A stretch of 64,000 nt of DNA from Candidatus Thorarchaeota archaeon (GCA_963726195.1 CAVSBO010000015.1:1-64000); one strand, 5' to 3'. Shown: positions 1 through 13,791, counted from the stretch's first letter. Notes: generated by a model not told the origin, from the letters alone. A program made the numbers and translations.

Positions 1-17
1 TGATTTCAAATTGATGG

Positions 18-674
18 GTGGTTCTAATGGCTGAGAGCGCGGCCAAAACCAGAGGAGGGCAACGACAGAGGTCGTACATAGTCATGAGGGCCGAAACCCA
101 AGAGGCTCTCAAACTTGCCGCAGAATCGTGGAAAGAGAAGGAGGCTCCAAACAAAGTCAAGGTGCACAGACTTCGCAAAAACGAGGTCGGCGTTTTCGTT
201 GATCTCTACAACAGATGCTTCATGGCATCGCCCGACCCCTTCTGCCCCTTGACATTTGATGATGCCAAACGCCTCGAAACAGAGGGCATATTCATCGCAG
301 AGCTGTGGGGAGTTCCATGCGGTTTCATAGCCTGCTTCATTGAGAAAAGTGCTGAATCTGACTACGGCGAAATCACAGGCATAGGCGTACTTCCACAACG
401 TCGCAGAAAAGGTGTCGCCACAGCCCTGGTCCACCGAGCGACCAAGTACTTCCTTGATGCTGGTGTAGAAGAGGTCTATTGCGAGGTCTATGAAGAGAAC
501 GAACCATCCAAGATGCTGATCACGAGTTATGGTTTTACAGAGGTAAGCAGAAGACAGATTCAGTTGGAGGGGGCAGATAGTGCCACTACCGAACGACAAT
601 ACCCTGGCGGCAAGATTATGAGGCGTCTCGGTCTAAGGCCAAGACCGGGGTGTGAGGAATGTAGGGACATTTGA
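18..674 (+). CDS. GNAT family N-acetyltransferase with C-terminal CxxC tail
   Basis: Acetyl-CoA-binding motif A (IGVLPQRRRKGVAT), motif B-like N..S..L..SYGF; ends GCEECRDI. Confidence 0.85.
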   Translation: MVLMAESAAKTRGGQRQRSYIVMRAETQEALKLAAESWKEKEAPNKVKVHRLRKNEVGVFVDLYNRCFMASPDPFCPLTFDDAKRLETEGIFIAELWGVPCGFIACFIEKSAESDYGEITGIGVLPQRRRKGVATALVHRATKYFLDAGVEEVYCEVYEENEPSKMLITSYGFTEVSRRQIQLEGADSATTERQYPGGKIMRRLGLRPRPGCEECRDI

Positions 675-870
675 GCATGAGCTCGTGCTTTCTTGATTGA
701 TGGATTGGCATGCCGAGCTCGCACGCTGCTTACGAGACCGTCCAGTTACTGATTGGCAAAGACAGCAACTCTAAATAGAGACATCCGCGGCCTGTCATCC
801 GAAGTGTTGAAGCAAGCAGCCTAAGTTGGTCTTTTGGACCTCTGGCAATGCCGCCGGGGAGGACGCCGCG

Positions 871-2134
871 ATGGTATCCTACGATGTAGTAGTAGTGGGT
901 GCAGGACCTGCCGGGTCGGTTGCCGCAAATGATTGTGCTGCACAAGGATTGAAGACGGTTCTGCTTGAGAAGTGCGCTTTGCCGAGAGACAAGCCTTGCG
1001 GCGGCGCTGTCATGTTCCGGGGCATCAGCATACTTCAAGGCAGAATACCCGCTCGCTTGGTTGAGCGCAAAATCTACGGGATGAGATTCATGCTTCCAAG
1101 CGGCAAGAACGCCGAGTTCGCTTCAGACAAGCTGATTGGAATAACTACGATGCGGTCAGAGTTTGATGAGTATCTCGCTCGGAGAGTTGTTGATTCGGGA
1201 GCGGAGCTTATCGAAGAGGCCAGAGTCGTAGGAGCACAGACCGCAAGTGAGTCGGCAGTCGTAAGGCTAGGTGACGGACGGGAGTTTAGTTGTAGAGTCC
1301 TCATAGGAGCAGATGGGGTCAATTCGATTGTAAGTCGGTCTCTCGGTCTAAGACCCGAACACAAGGATTTGACAAGAGTTGGTCTCGGTATGGAAGCCGA
1401 CTTCCAAGTGGGCGAGGATGGCGTCATGAAAGCCACACATGGCAGGCCTTACATCCTCGAGATTGCCCCCGTTGAGGGGAAAGTCAGCTGACGGGTGGAT
1501 CTTTCCAAAAAGAGAACACCTTGGAATCGGCATTGCAGGCGCTGCAGTTCACATGTATCCGCTCCGTCCTGCATTTGACGGTTTCGTCGCGAGTACCGAG
1601 AAGAGACTCGGGCTCAATCTGCCGCCTCCAAGAAGAAGGACCTATTTTCTTGGGGCTGATGGACTACGCTTCAGGAATGTAACAAACCGTGCGATGATCG
1701 TAGGAGATGCAGCCGGCTTCGTGGACCCGATGATGGGCGAAGGTATTGCGTATGCAATGAAGTCAGGAGTGTTCGCGGCCAGAGTTGCAGCCCGTGCAGC
1801 CGAAGAAGACAGATACGACGAAGCCTTTCTCTCCGAATATGATACTCTATGTCACAAAGCATTCGAGTCCAGTTTCGCAATGGCTGCGTGGGCTGGCATG
1901 AGAGGCACCTCGTTTGCTGAATTCGTTCTCTCTCGCGCCAGCGGCTATAGGATGGCTTCGGAAGTGATGGCAATGCTCGCGCGAGGCGAGATTGGATACG
2001 CTGACATACCCGTCACAGTCCTGCGAAGACTGCCCCGTGAGTTGCCTGACATACTTCGACATTATCTTGAAACGAGGAGAGGAACGACCCAACGTAGGTC
2101 TCCAGACCAGGGTGCAAGTGTCCGGAGAGAATGA
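871..2134 (+). CDS. Geranylgeranyl reductase family flavoprotein (frameshift near 1490)
   Basis: YDVVVVGAGPAG, DKPCGG, GADG, GWIFPK, GDAAGFVDPMMGEGI; split over two frames by an extra G in AGC-TGAC-GGG (expected TAC). Confidence 0.9.
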
Positions 2135-3138
2135 AGATGCTGCAACTGCGCTCGTTCCTGGTTCTCCTACTTGTGGCTCAGCCACTGTTTCCGATTGTCC
2201 ACCCTTCGTACATACCTGTGTTCGATGGGTCCCAAGCCTTCGCATATTTGACTTCACAATGTAACTTCGGTCCAAGACCCCCTGGATCGAACAATCTCAG
2301 CCTCTGTAGAGAGTATATTGTCAGCTGTATGACGACTAGTGGATGGAATGTCACTTGCCAAAACTTCACGTATCTCGGTGTTGCATGTGTCAACATAATC
2401 TGCCGGTGGAATTCATCTGGCAACGCATCACTGATTTTCGGCGCACATTATGACACTCGGCCTCGAGCCGATCAAGAATCAAATCCGGCGAATAGAACGC
2501 GACCAGTAGTTGGTGCTAATGATGGTGCCAGTGGCGTTGCAGTACTCATGGAGTCTGCATGCACTTTGCCGCAGATCGTGCGCGGGTCAGCGGAGTTCGT
2601 ATTCTTTGATGCTGAAGATTCTGGAGATATCAACGGCTGGCAATGGATAGTAGGTTCCACTTATTATGTCGGACAAATTGACAGTGGCAGGAAAGCGGCC
2701 ATCAGGGGGATGATTTTGCTCGACATGGTCGGCGATTCCGATTTGCGATTGCTACGTGAGACTGGTTCCACAAGTTCGCTGCAGGATTACGTGTGGTCAA
2801 TTGCCGACCACGCTGGCTACAACAAGACATTTCTCAATCAGTACGGGGCTTCAATACTAGACGATCACAGACCATTTCTAGAGGCCGGCATTCCCTCACT
2901 GGACATAATCCAGCACAATCCGTTTCCATGGTATTGGCATACTCTCAAAGACACACCTGACAAGTGCAGTGCAACAAGCCTTGAGATTGTCGGCAGAGTT
3001 CTCGAGGCATTTGTTGTTCAGTATTCGAACCAGACGACAACATTCTATCAGGGCCCCGCATACCTTGTGTATGTTCCCGTGCTCGTCGTCTTCGCCATCA
3101 TATGCTTGGTTGCATACGCAAAACTCAGACGCAGGTAG
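2131..3138 (+). CDS. M28 family peptidase / glutaminyl cyclase-like, signal peptide and C-terminal TM anchor
   Basis: GAHYDTR, GANDGASG, FFDAED, LLDMVG, DDHRPF, WHT motifs. Confidence 0.88.
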   Translation: MKMLQLRSFLVLLLVAQPLFPIVHPSYIPVFDGSQAFAYLTSQCNFGPRPPGSNNLSLCREYIVSCMTTSGWNVTCQNFTYLGVACVNIICRWNSSGNASLIFGAHYDTRPRADQESNPANRTRPVVGANDGASGVAVLMESACTLPQIVRGSAEFVFFDAEDSGDINGWQWIVGSTYYVGQIDSGRKAAIRGMILLDMVGDSDLRLLRETGSTSSLQDYVWSIADHAGYNKTFLNQYGASILDDHRPFLEAGIPSLDIIQHNPFPWYWHTLKDTPDKCSATSLEIVGRVLEAFVVQYSNQTTTFYQGPAYLVYVPVLVVFAIICLVAYAKLRRR

Positions 3139-3201
3139 TTATTTCTGCAATCGTAGTGTTCTAGAGTGAGAGAATTCCGTAAGTCAAGCACGCTTTGGTG
3201 A

Positions 3202-4105
3202 TTGCTTGTGAAACAGGTCGTCCTTTACAGACCCACAGGTGCGCAGCCTCCTGCTGTGACAAGTGTTTCTGTGGACCCTAGCGGCGTCCGCTTAGTGTGT
3301 GGCACATTGGATGGGCGCATTTTTCTCCTCGACGCCAAGACGGGCAAGATACAAAGAGTTCTCAAGGGCCACGAGTCCATGATTTCGGTGGTGCTGTTCA
3401 TTGATGGAGGGAAGCGAATACTTTCTGCCAGCTGGGACAAAACAACGAGGGCATGGACTCGAGCTGGAGTCCAAGGCGCACACGTGCTCAAACAGAGCGA
3501 TCAAGTGAAGGCTTTGACTGTGTGGGAGCCATCCCAAAGGGGCGCCGTTGGCGCACGAGACGGCGAAGTGAGAATCTTTTCGACCACGAGTTTGAGGAAT
3601 TTGAAGAGCCTGCGTGCTCATGTCGCTGATGTTTCGGGTTTGTCATTTGTAAGAGAGGGCAGTCAGACTCGTTACTTCTTCTTACGATGGCGAATGCAAA
3701 CTGTGGGACGTGCGGAGCGCCACGATGCTGTCCGTGCTTGGAAAATACGATGAGCGCGTTAGGTCAATGGCAACTACGTCGGATGGCTCGCACATCTTCT
3801 TAGGAATGCATGGCGGGAACGTACAATCCATCAGCCTTGAGAATCCAAAGGAAACTCATCGATTTGTCGGGCACTCCGATGTTGTCACCTCGCTCTCAAT
3901 AGACCCGAGCGGTAAGCATCTACTATCAGGCAGTATGGATCGTACTGTCAGGGTATGGTCTACCGAAACAAACTCGGAAGAACTGAATCTCAGAGCCGAG
4001 GGCGGCGTGTCGTCAGTAGCATGGGCGGCCAGTGGGGAGGCGTTTTCATCTGACTTCTCTGGAGCTGTGATTTCGTGGGGCCGGCTGGGCGAGCTGTCTA
4101 CCTAA
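3202..4105 (+). CDS. WD40-repeat beta-propeller protein (frameshift near 3664)
   Basis: GH...SASWDKT.R.W and GHSD...SGSMDRTVRVW repeats; two overlapping ORFs join after removal of one base. Confidence 0.85.
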
Positions 4106-4805
4106 GCTTGACGTTCTCGACTCGTATGTTTATGTCGACATAACCCTCCTTATGCCACTTCAAGCGAACCCTGCTGTACCTCTCTTGGCCCGCTGCGAGC
4201 GCCGTCAGTATGACTGCCTCGCGACTTCTGCTTCTCTTGTCGAATGGCACTGGAATCTCTTCTCCATGCATCGCAAGCACGACGCAGTCAGTTTCCCCAA
4301 TACTTGCAGTAGGTGCTGAAAGAATCATCCGGCCGGGTTTGAAGAACGGAGATCTATCTCTCAGACTTCTGACCATCCCTGCCATTCTCCGATGGCGGGT
4401 GATTTCTGATAATGCAGTTCGAACTACATCCCTGAAGTATCGGTCAACAAACCAATCGACAGGTCCTGTATCTTGTTCGCCCTGTTTCGAGGCAGAGGCT
4501 TGTCTGTGCTTCTCAACGGTTGGCGAATCGAACTTTGACTCGAATACAGCCCGAGCGTTCACAAGCGATGTCGTCTCAGGACCATCCGACGATATGGCCA
4601 AGGCGAAGAACCTCTTCTCGAAACCATCTCTCAACGTCTCCAAAGCTTTGGACTGCAGAATAATCTGTCTCTGAATCATGAGCTTGATGGTGTAGTTTAC
4701 CAAGGCTGCATAGAGCTGGAACTGAGAAAGAAGCAATGATTGCTTGTCTTTCGTCAATGGAACACTAAGAAGATTGACGATGAGCGCTTTCCGTTCCGCC
4801 ATCAC
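4098..4805 (-). CDS. Hypothetical protein resembling the N-terminal WED/REC half of TnpB/Cas12f, lacking RuvC
   Basis: Pattern L..PLTKDK..LL.....Y..LVNY.I ... P.FK....L ... I.VP ... RL......Y..I.I; ends before any GID RuvC-I motif. Confidence 0.5.
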   Translation of the reverse strand: MMAERKALIVNLLSVPLTKDKQSLLLSQFQLYAALVNYTIKLMIQRQIILQSKALETLRDGFEKRFFALAISSDGPETTSLVNARAVFESKFDSPTVEKHRQASASKQGEQDTGPVDWFVDRYFRDVVRTALSEITRHRRMAGMVRSLRDRSPFFKPGRMILSAPTASIGETDCVVLAMHGEEIPVPFDKRSRSREAVILTALAAGQERYSRVRLKWHKEGYVDINIRVENVKLR

Positions 4806-4862
4806 AGCTCACCATCGTGATCCGGGTTGGAGGGCCCATTAAGTGCAACTGGTGTCAGGGGT

Positions 4863-5879
4863 TCAGAGCCTCTGGGCAATGAACTGGGCCTCTCCTATGC
4901 TTCGCTTCAATTCCTTTTGTTGAAAGTCGACTGAACCGTACTTAACGAACACTTGATCGTAGAATTCGTTTTCCTTACCTTGCAGCTCTTTCACGACAGC
5001 ATCTCTCTTCAGGTCTGTCAGGCCGTCTATTGCGAGCAGGGCCAAGCCCAGCGTCATCACAGATTTGCGCATCTCAAAGACAGCCAGTTCGTAGTCTCCG
5101 TTAAGTGTCATATTCATGGCTCCGTAGTACTCCCTCTGTGCCTCCGCGAGCATTTCTGCCGGAGCTTTTCCCGTAGCATTCCTTATTCGTTCCTCAGCAA
5201 TCCCGATCCAGTGTTTTACATCATCCAGAATACCGCGCAAATCCTCTTCTTCAAGACCTTTCAGTTTGAAAGCTCGAAGGAACAGACCGTAGGTCAGCGG
5301 GTCGAGCATTCTGACCTCTCTCAAGACCTCAGACGGCTTCATGATGCAGAAGATATCATTCTTCATCAACAGGACTTGACCCAAGTCAAACAGAGCGTTC
5401 CACAACTGATATGTCGCGCTCTTTGTGTCGGCAGTTTGCTCCGATAGGTCCATTGCACTGTTGAGAGACGCGACGGCCTGAGTCTTGAGCTCCTTGATGA
5501 TATCTTGCGGCCATTTGAATTCTGGCGCTCTGTCTTGCCACTTCTTCAGCATGCCTCCGGTATCATGAACGATTCTTGCTCCCTTCAACCTGCAAATGAC
5601 CTCGGCTACCCTGAAAGAATCCTTCATCTTCTTATCGAAAACATTCTCCACGGTTTGTGACGAAAGAAAGGTCATGTCAATTCGAATGCCTTTTCGGTCC
5701 GAGAGAAGTCTCGCTGGAGCCTCCTCATCCCATACGACGCATATATCTAGGTCTGAGTTGGCGGTCGCGGTGTTTTTCAAATAAGAACCATAAACAAGGA
5801 TGCCTTTCACGTGTTCCTTCTTCTTCCATTCGTCGACGGTCTCGGAGAGCGCAGAATCGAATTTCTTGCGAATGCTCAT
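4863..5879 (-). CDS. Pol-beta-superfamily nucleotidyltransferase with two C-terminal helical (HEPN/KNTase-C-like) domains
   Basis: hYGS..K......SDLDI motif, third acidic residue in RIDMTF; SD GGAGG before ATG at 5879. Confidence 0.8.
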   Translation of the reverse strand: MSIRKKFDSALSETVDEWKKKEHVKGILVYGSYLKNTATANSDLDICVVWDEEAPARLLSDRKGIRIDMTFLSSQTVENVFDKKMKDSFRVAEVICRLKGARIVHDTGGMLKKWQDRAPEFKWPQDIIKELKTQAVASLNSAMDLSEQTADTKSATYQLWNALFDLGQVLLMKNDIFCIMKPSEVLREVRMLDPLTYGLFLRAFKLKGLEEEDLRGILDDVKHWIGIAEERIRNATGKAPAEMLAEAQREYYGAMNMTLNGDYELAVFEMRKSVMTLGLALLAIDGLTDLKRDAVVKELQGKENEFYDQVFVKYGSVDFQQKELKRSIGEAQFIAQRL

Positions 5880-6028
5880 CGTGTTGTGTCCTCCCCTGTC
5901 AGGATGCATTACACTGAGGTCGATTTGTCAGATATGACATCATCGGGAATAAAAGTCTATCTGCGAACTACCCACCCGGCAGCGATTAATAGCAGGCCTA
6001 CTTGGCCGAGTACGCAGAGGCTAGTCCC

Positions 6029-6733
6029 ATGGCTCGATATGACGGCAGAGCAAATGATGAGCTCCGACCCGTGGAGATTAAACGCGGGTTCCTGAAGAAT
6101 CCCGAAGGGTCCGTTCTGATAAGAACCGGTGACACACAAGTCATCTGTACCGCAACTGTTGAGCCGGACGTTCCAGGCTGGCTGAGCGGCACGGGACGCG
6201 GCTGGGTAACGGCCGAGTATGGAATGCTTCCCCGCGCTACCAATGAGAGGACCGACCGGTACAAGGTCACTGGCCGTGAACATGAGATTCAGCGGCTGAT
6301 TGGTCGCTCTCTGCGTGCTGCAGTGGATCTCAGCCGGCTTAGTGAACGAGCCCTGAAGGTAGATTGTGATGTCATTCAGGCAGATGGGGGAACTAGGACC
6401 GCATCAATAACCGGAGGTTTTGTGGCGCTTTGTGATGCACTTGACTACATGGTCAAGATGGGCATGATAGACGAACCGCCACTGTTGGGTTATGTGGCCG
6501 CCGTAAGTGTCGGCATGGTGGACGGTGAAGTCTTGCTCGATTTATCATACCCGGAGGACTCTCGTGCTACAGTGGACATGAACATCGTCATGCGTGGCGA
6601 TGATTTCGTTGAAGTACAGGGCACAGGTGAGAACGGTGTCTTCGATCACGAGACACTGGACCTCATGCTGAACATGGCCGAGCATGGAATCAGAGACCTA
6701 GTCTCAAAGCAGAGACAGTGTCGTTCTGAATGA
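6029..6733 (+). CDS. rph: Ribonuclease PH (bacterial type)
   Basis: R.DGR..DELRP, GWVTAEYGMLPRAT, EIQRLIGRSLR, DCDVIQADGGTRTASITG, EVQGTGE. Confidence 0.93.
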   Translation: MARYDGRANDELRPVEIKRGFLKNPEGSVLIRTGDTQVICTATVEPDVPGWLSGTGRGWVTAEYGMLPRATNERTDRYKVTGREHEIQRLIGRSLRAAVDLSRLSERALKVDCDVIQADGGTRTASITGGFVALCDALDYMVKMGMIDEPPLLGYVAAVSVGMVDGEVLLDLSYPEDSRATVDMNIVMRGDDFVEVQGTGENGVFDHETLDLMLNMAEHGIRDLVSKQRQCRSE

Positions 6734-6768
6734 ACGCCAACATGCCCAGATTCAGCCGCGCTATGTCA

Positions 6769-6901
6769 CAAGCTTTATTTAGGAACTTGACATAGTTACT
6801 TTGCTTCTCAGGAGTCGAGTAGAGAAGGCGTTGTCGGACGGCTATGGCAGGTCGCCCGTGTACCATTCTGGCGAATCTCGACTCAGAGCAAAGCTTAAAT
6901 C
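6769..6901 (+). promoter_or_regulatory. Tandem BRE/TATA-like promoters upstream of 23S rRNA
   Basis: CAAGCTTTATTTA (near 6769-6781) and CAAAGCTTAAAT (near 6889-6900) share an AAGCTT(T)A core. Confidence 0.5.
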
Positions 6902-7090
6902 CAAAGCCCAGAAGGCTGCGGAGGCGCGCACCCTTCCTAGAGGTGTGCACGCGGCGTCCGAGCTCCGGAATCAATGATACCGGACGAAGGCCCATCGGGA
7001 CCCGACCATGAGATTGGCGTCTTTCCCGGTGGTGGACCGTCAAGCACGCGACTTGGTGCCGTGCACCTCAAGAGTTGCGGGCTGAGACTG

Positions 7091-10333
<3,243 letters not shown>

Positions 10334-10410
10334 ATGTGTCTATTCTTTCTCAGGCAGAGACATTCTCTCTAGTTCCATGTCTTCGGACAGCGCTTCTTTT
10401 CACTCCTAAA

Positions 10411-11259
10411 CTATGATTGGTCCTTCTTGATTGCATCCACTCCCATCGATGCGAGACAAAGGAACTCGAAGACTTTGTAACCCTCGGTGATGTTGCTAGC
10501 TGTGAATTCCACATTTAGGCCGTCGGTCCTTTTCACGATGGGCAGAAGTTCAGCTGCATCAGCGAAGTATGTGGATTGAAACGTCACCTTGATCTTGACG
10601 GGACGTTCTGCAATGAGCGGCTTGGCTCTCTGCTCTCTCAGGTTTGTCATTGCTTTCTTCACACCTGCCCTCAGCTCCCTCTCGATTCTGCCCATGCCAA
10701 AGCTTCTGGCTGCTCCTCTATTGAGAGACCGTTTGAGCGCAACCGTTTCAACCCAGGGTGCGTACTTCTTGACATCATCTTCGATGAGCTGGTAGTCTCC
10801 GGCAAGGAATATCACCGGAACTCTCAGGTCTCCTGCACTGTATGCGTTGAGAAGGAATTCACTGGCCTCAATTCTGTTAATCTCGAGACGGCCTATGGAG
10901 AGGCCACTATATGTATGGTCGAAGGAAGATTTCATTGTGCCCGCCTTTCCGTGGTATCCTAAGAACAAGGCTGCATCGCATCCTTCTATGCCCGACAACA
11001 TTGATGTTGGTCGAGGATACCCTCTGACAAGTTCCACATAGTCCGGAAGATTGTCTGTCAGCAGGTTAACCATAGGACCGTGACTGTCAGCGATGACAAT
11101 CTCATCAACTCCGTTGCTGTGCAGTTCCTCGGTAACGATGAGCGCGACTTTCGTCGCAATCTGTCTGGCTTCACTGTACAAGGTCCCCTTCAAAGATAGA
11201 TGTCCAGGTATGACGACGTATGGCATTCCTTCCATATCCACAGAAACAAACGCTTTCAC
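10411..11259 (-). CDS. M55 family D-aminopeptidase (DppA-like)
   Basis: SVDMEG, DSHG, GYH, HTYS zinc-ligand motifs. Confidence 0.92.
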   Translation of the reverse strand: MKAFVSVDMEGMPYVVIPGHLSLKGTLYSEARQIATKVALIVTEELHSNGVDEIVIADSHGPMVNLLTDNLPDYVELVRGYPRPTSMLSGIEGCDAALFLGYHGKAGTMKSSFDHTYSGLSIGRLEINRIEASEFLLNAYSAGDLRVPVIFLAGDYQLIEDDVKKYAPWVETVALKRSLNRGAARSFGMGRIERELRAGVKKAMTNLREQRAKPLIAERPVKIKVTFQSTYFADAAELLPIVKRTDGLNVEFTASNITEGYKVFEFLCLASMGVDAIKKDQS

Positions 11260-11422
11260 CGAATCACCTTCCAGACGTCACCATGATTGTGTATTCAGCT
11301 GCAAAAGCATTTTGGACCAAGGCCTCCGATTGAGGTCGGCCTCTCAAGCATAGTTTCTAGGTCCAAAGTCGATTGGTTTATCGGTCGGGCCGCAGGATTG
11401 GAAGAAAGGGAGTCCGGTCTCA

Positions 11423-11653
11423 TTGAGCCTTACTGGTCCGCTCTACCAACGCAAGGGCTACATGAAGCTCGTTTTGCATCCGGACAAGATCATGTTGGAG
11501 GACGTTCGCAGCAAGTATATGTCCAAGACTATCTTCTTCTACGAATTCATCTGGGATACCCCAACGGCAAATCCCCAAGTTGAGGTTCTCGAGGCCCGTT
11601 CTCAAAGCGAGCATACCCAAGCTTTCGTTCAGTGTAGTGATGAATTCTCTTAA
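11423..11653 (+). CDS. Small hypothetical protein (76 aa)
   Basis: SD-like GGGAG upstream; fills the intergenic gap; protein-like composition. Confidence 0.5.
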   Translation: MSLTGPLYQRKGYMKLVLHPDKIMLEDVRSKYMSKTIFFYEFIWDTPTANPQVEVLEARSQSEHTQAFVQCSDEFS

Positions 11654-11931
11654 GACTCGGGCCGTGGCGTCACAAAGAACCCCGAGGTCTCTCAGTTTCA
11701 AGTACCGACACACTGCCGAAGTGGAGGTTACTAGGACTAAGTGACTGCTCGCAGTCGTATGATTCGTGAACAATCTACGTCAAGCAGCAAATCTGGGTTG
11801 TTTCGCTATCGGCTGCTGAACTGCCTTGTCTGGCGACGTCTTGGATGATGGGACGTTTTCATGGCACAGCACAGACGCTGCACAAGGGTTATGTCTGGGA
11901 ATGAGTGGCGACCGATGCCGAGGTCAAGACG

Positions 11932-12969
11932 ATGCCTGAGAAACTCACAGTCGGAACTGCCACAGCAAAGAGAGGAGAGCTGCAGAAAGGTCTCATAAAG
12001 GGAATAGAACTCAACACTACCACCAGAATAGACATCCCAGTCCTCGTGATGAATGGGATGAAAGACGGTCCTACTCTGTTGGTAGTTTCGACACAACATG
12101 GCATAGAAATCCAAGGTACTGAGGTCGTCCTGAGGGTCATGAGGGAGAAGGTTGATCCCAAGAAGCTGAAGGGCGCAATAATCGGGATTCCTGTTGAGAA
12201 TCCCCTGGCCTACATGCACCACCAGTATCTGTCTTGGATTGACAACCTCGACCTAGGTGGTGGAGGAAGCGGCAGCCTGCTAACGGCGGACAAGCCCAAC
12301 GGCACTGCCACAGAGAGACTTGCCTATGCACTATGGCAAGAAGCATGGAGCAAGGCCGACTTGGTCATCAATATTCACTGCAATACTAGACCGGATTCTA
12401 TCATATTTCAGGAAATCAACGTTGGCAACCCCAAGACGAAGGAAAAGATGGAGAAAATGGCGAAGGCATTTGGGGTGACCACGATGGTTGTCAATGAGCC
12501 ATTGAAAGATGATGCCCCTCCAATACTATCAAACTTGGTGGCAAAGAAGGGAGTACCAAATCTTCTCATGGAGCTCATAGACGGTCGTTGGATATCTGAG
12601 CCCTCCACGAGTGTCGGTGTGAGAGGTGTCCTCAACATCATGAAGGCCTTCGACATGATTGACGGTCAGATTGAACCGCAGCAGGGAATTAAGATCATAC
12701 CTGGACCATGCAAGGAGTGGGGTATCGTTCGGGCCAATAGAGGCGGGCTCATTCGATTCCTGAAAAAGCCGGGTGAGTTCATGAAGAAGGATGAGGTATT
12801 CGCGGAGATTTACGACCTCTATGGTGACGTGATTGAGAGAGTCAAAATGCCTGTGGATGGATACACATGGGCCTATCCTTGCGGTGACATTTTGGGCACG
12901 AACACCAGCTTGCAGGCAGTCCAGACAGGCGCGAATGTCGCTTACGTACTAACACAAGAGAGCAAATGA
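11932..12969 (+). CDS. Succinylglutamate desuccinylase/aspartoacylase (M14-like) family protein
   Basis: GPTLL..STQHGIE..G, VENPLA, DLVINIH, C-terminal lipoyl-like domain. Confidence 0.88.
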   Translation: MPEKLTVGTATAKRGELQKGLIKGIELNTTTRIDIPVLVMNGMKDGPTLLVVSTQHGIEIQGTEVVLRVMREKVDPKKLKGAIIGIPVENPLAYMHHQYLSWIDNLDLGGGGSGSLLTADKPNGTATERLAYALWQEAWSKADLVINIHCNTRPDSIIFQEINVGNPKTKEKMEKMAKAFGVTTMVVNEPLKDDAPPILSNLVAKKGVPNLLMELIDGRWISEPSTSVGVRGVLNIMKAFDMIDGQIEPQQGIKIIPGPCKEWGIVRANRGGLIRFLKKPGEFMKKDEVFAEIYDLYGDVIERVKMPVDGYTWAYPCGDILGTNTSLQAVQTGANVAYVLTQESK

Positions 12970-13041
12970 AGCGCTGGCCCTTCATACATTTGGTCGCCTT
13001 ATCAGGAATCCTGAGCTAAGCGTGTCGCCTAGAATATCATC

Positions 13042-13791
13042 TTATTGCCAGAGTACACTGTTTCCGGACGTCAAGTGTCTGTGCCACTGTTCTCCCGCGA
13101 ACACGAGACCCTCAAGAGCGTGTTTCGTATCGAGATTCTTCAAGTCCTCCACCGGGAGCCACCGAAGGCGATGACCCTCCCACTCTTCATTCCCACTCAT
13201 CCATTCCTTCGGGTTCACTCTACTGGATGCAGTTGATTCAATCAAGAGATTCGCCCCGGATACTCCTTTCACATTACTGACCAAGGCTAACAGATACTTC
13301 TCGGGTGCAACCTCTAGCTGGACTTCCTCCTTGAGTTCTCGCATAAATGCCGCTTCAACAGAGCCCTTCACATCTTCCGCTTCGAGCATCCCACCGGGAG
13401 TTGTTAGATACGATGGGCAGTACATAGACTCTTGCGAGCGGACCCCGACCAGGATGTGCCTCCTGTCCGGAGACAATACGATTGTCTGGAACCCTAGGGT
13501 GCTATGGCTTCCCTGAGCATGTCGCAGTCTCATCAGAGTAATGACTCTAGAAAAGGCGATTACGCCGACACTGAAATGAGCTCCACTGGACGAGACCTGG
13601 AAGTTTTTCAGAACTAGAAGCCGACCATCATAGCTACTGGGATACTTCTTCAGAATCTCATTCCATACTTGGGATTTCTGTTTCTCCAGCTCTGGCTCCA
13701 GAAGAATCTCATTGTCATCCGCGAGTTTCCAAGTTATGCTATTGAGAGGCAAACGTCCTTCCCACTGCACCGACAATCGAGATTGATGCAC
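13042..13791 (-). CDS. NUDIX hydrolase
   Basis: PGGMLE...AFMRELKEEV Nudix box; start uncertain. Confidence 0.8.
   Translation of the reverse strand: MHQSRLSVQWEGRLPLNSITWKLADDNEILLEPELEKQKSQVWNEILKKYPSSYDGRLLVLKNFQVSSSGAHFSVGVIAFSRVITLMRLRHAQGSHSTLGFQTIVLSPDRRHILVGVRSQESMYCPSYLTTPGGMLEAEDVKGSVEAAFMRELKEEVQLEVAPEKYLLALVSNVKGVSGANLLIESTASSRVNPKEWMSGNEEWEGHRLRWLPVEDLKNLDTKHALEGLVFAGEQWHRHLTSGNSVLWQ

Noticed and set aside
1486-1494. TGA readthrough (Sec) in the GGR gene; similar TGAs in the phytol kinase and hdrB
   Set aside because: Homology resumes in a different frame, so these are indels and not readthrough
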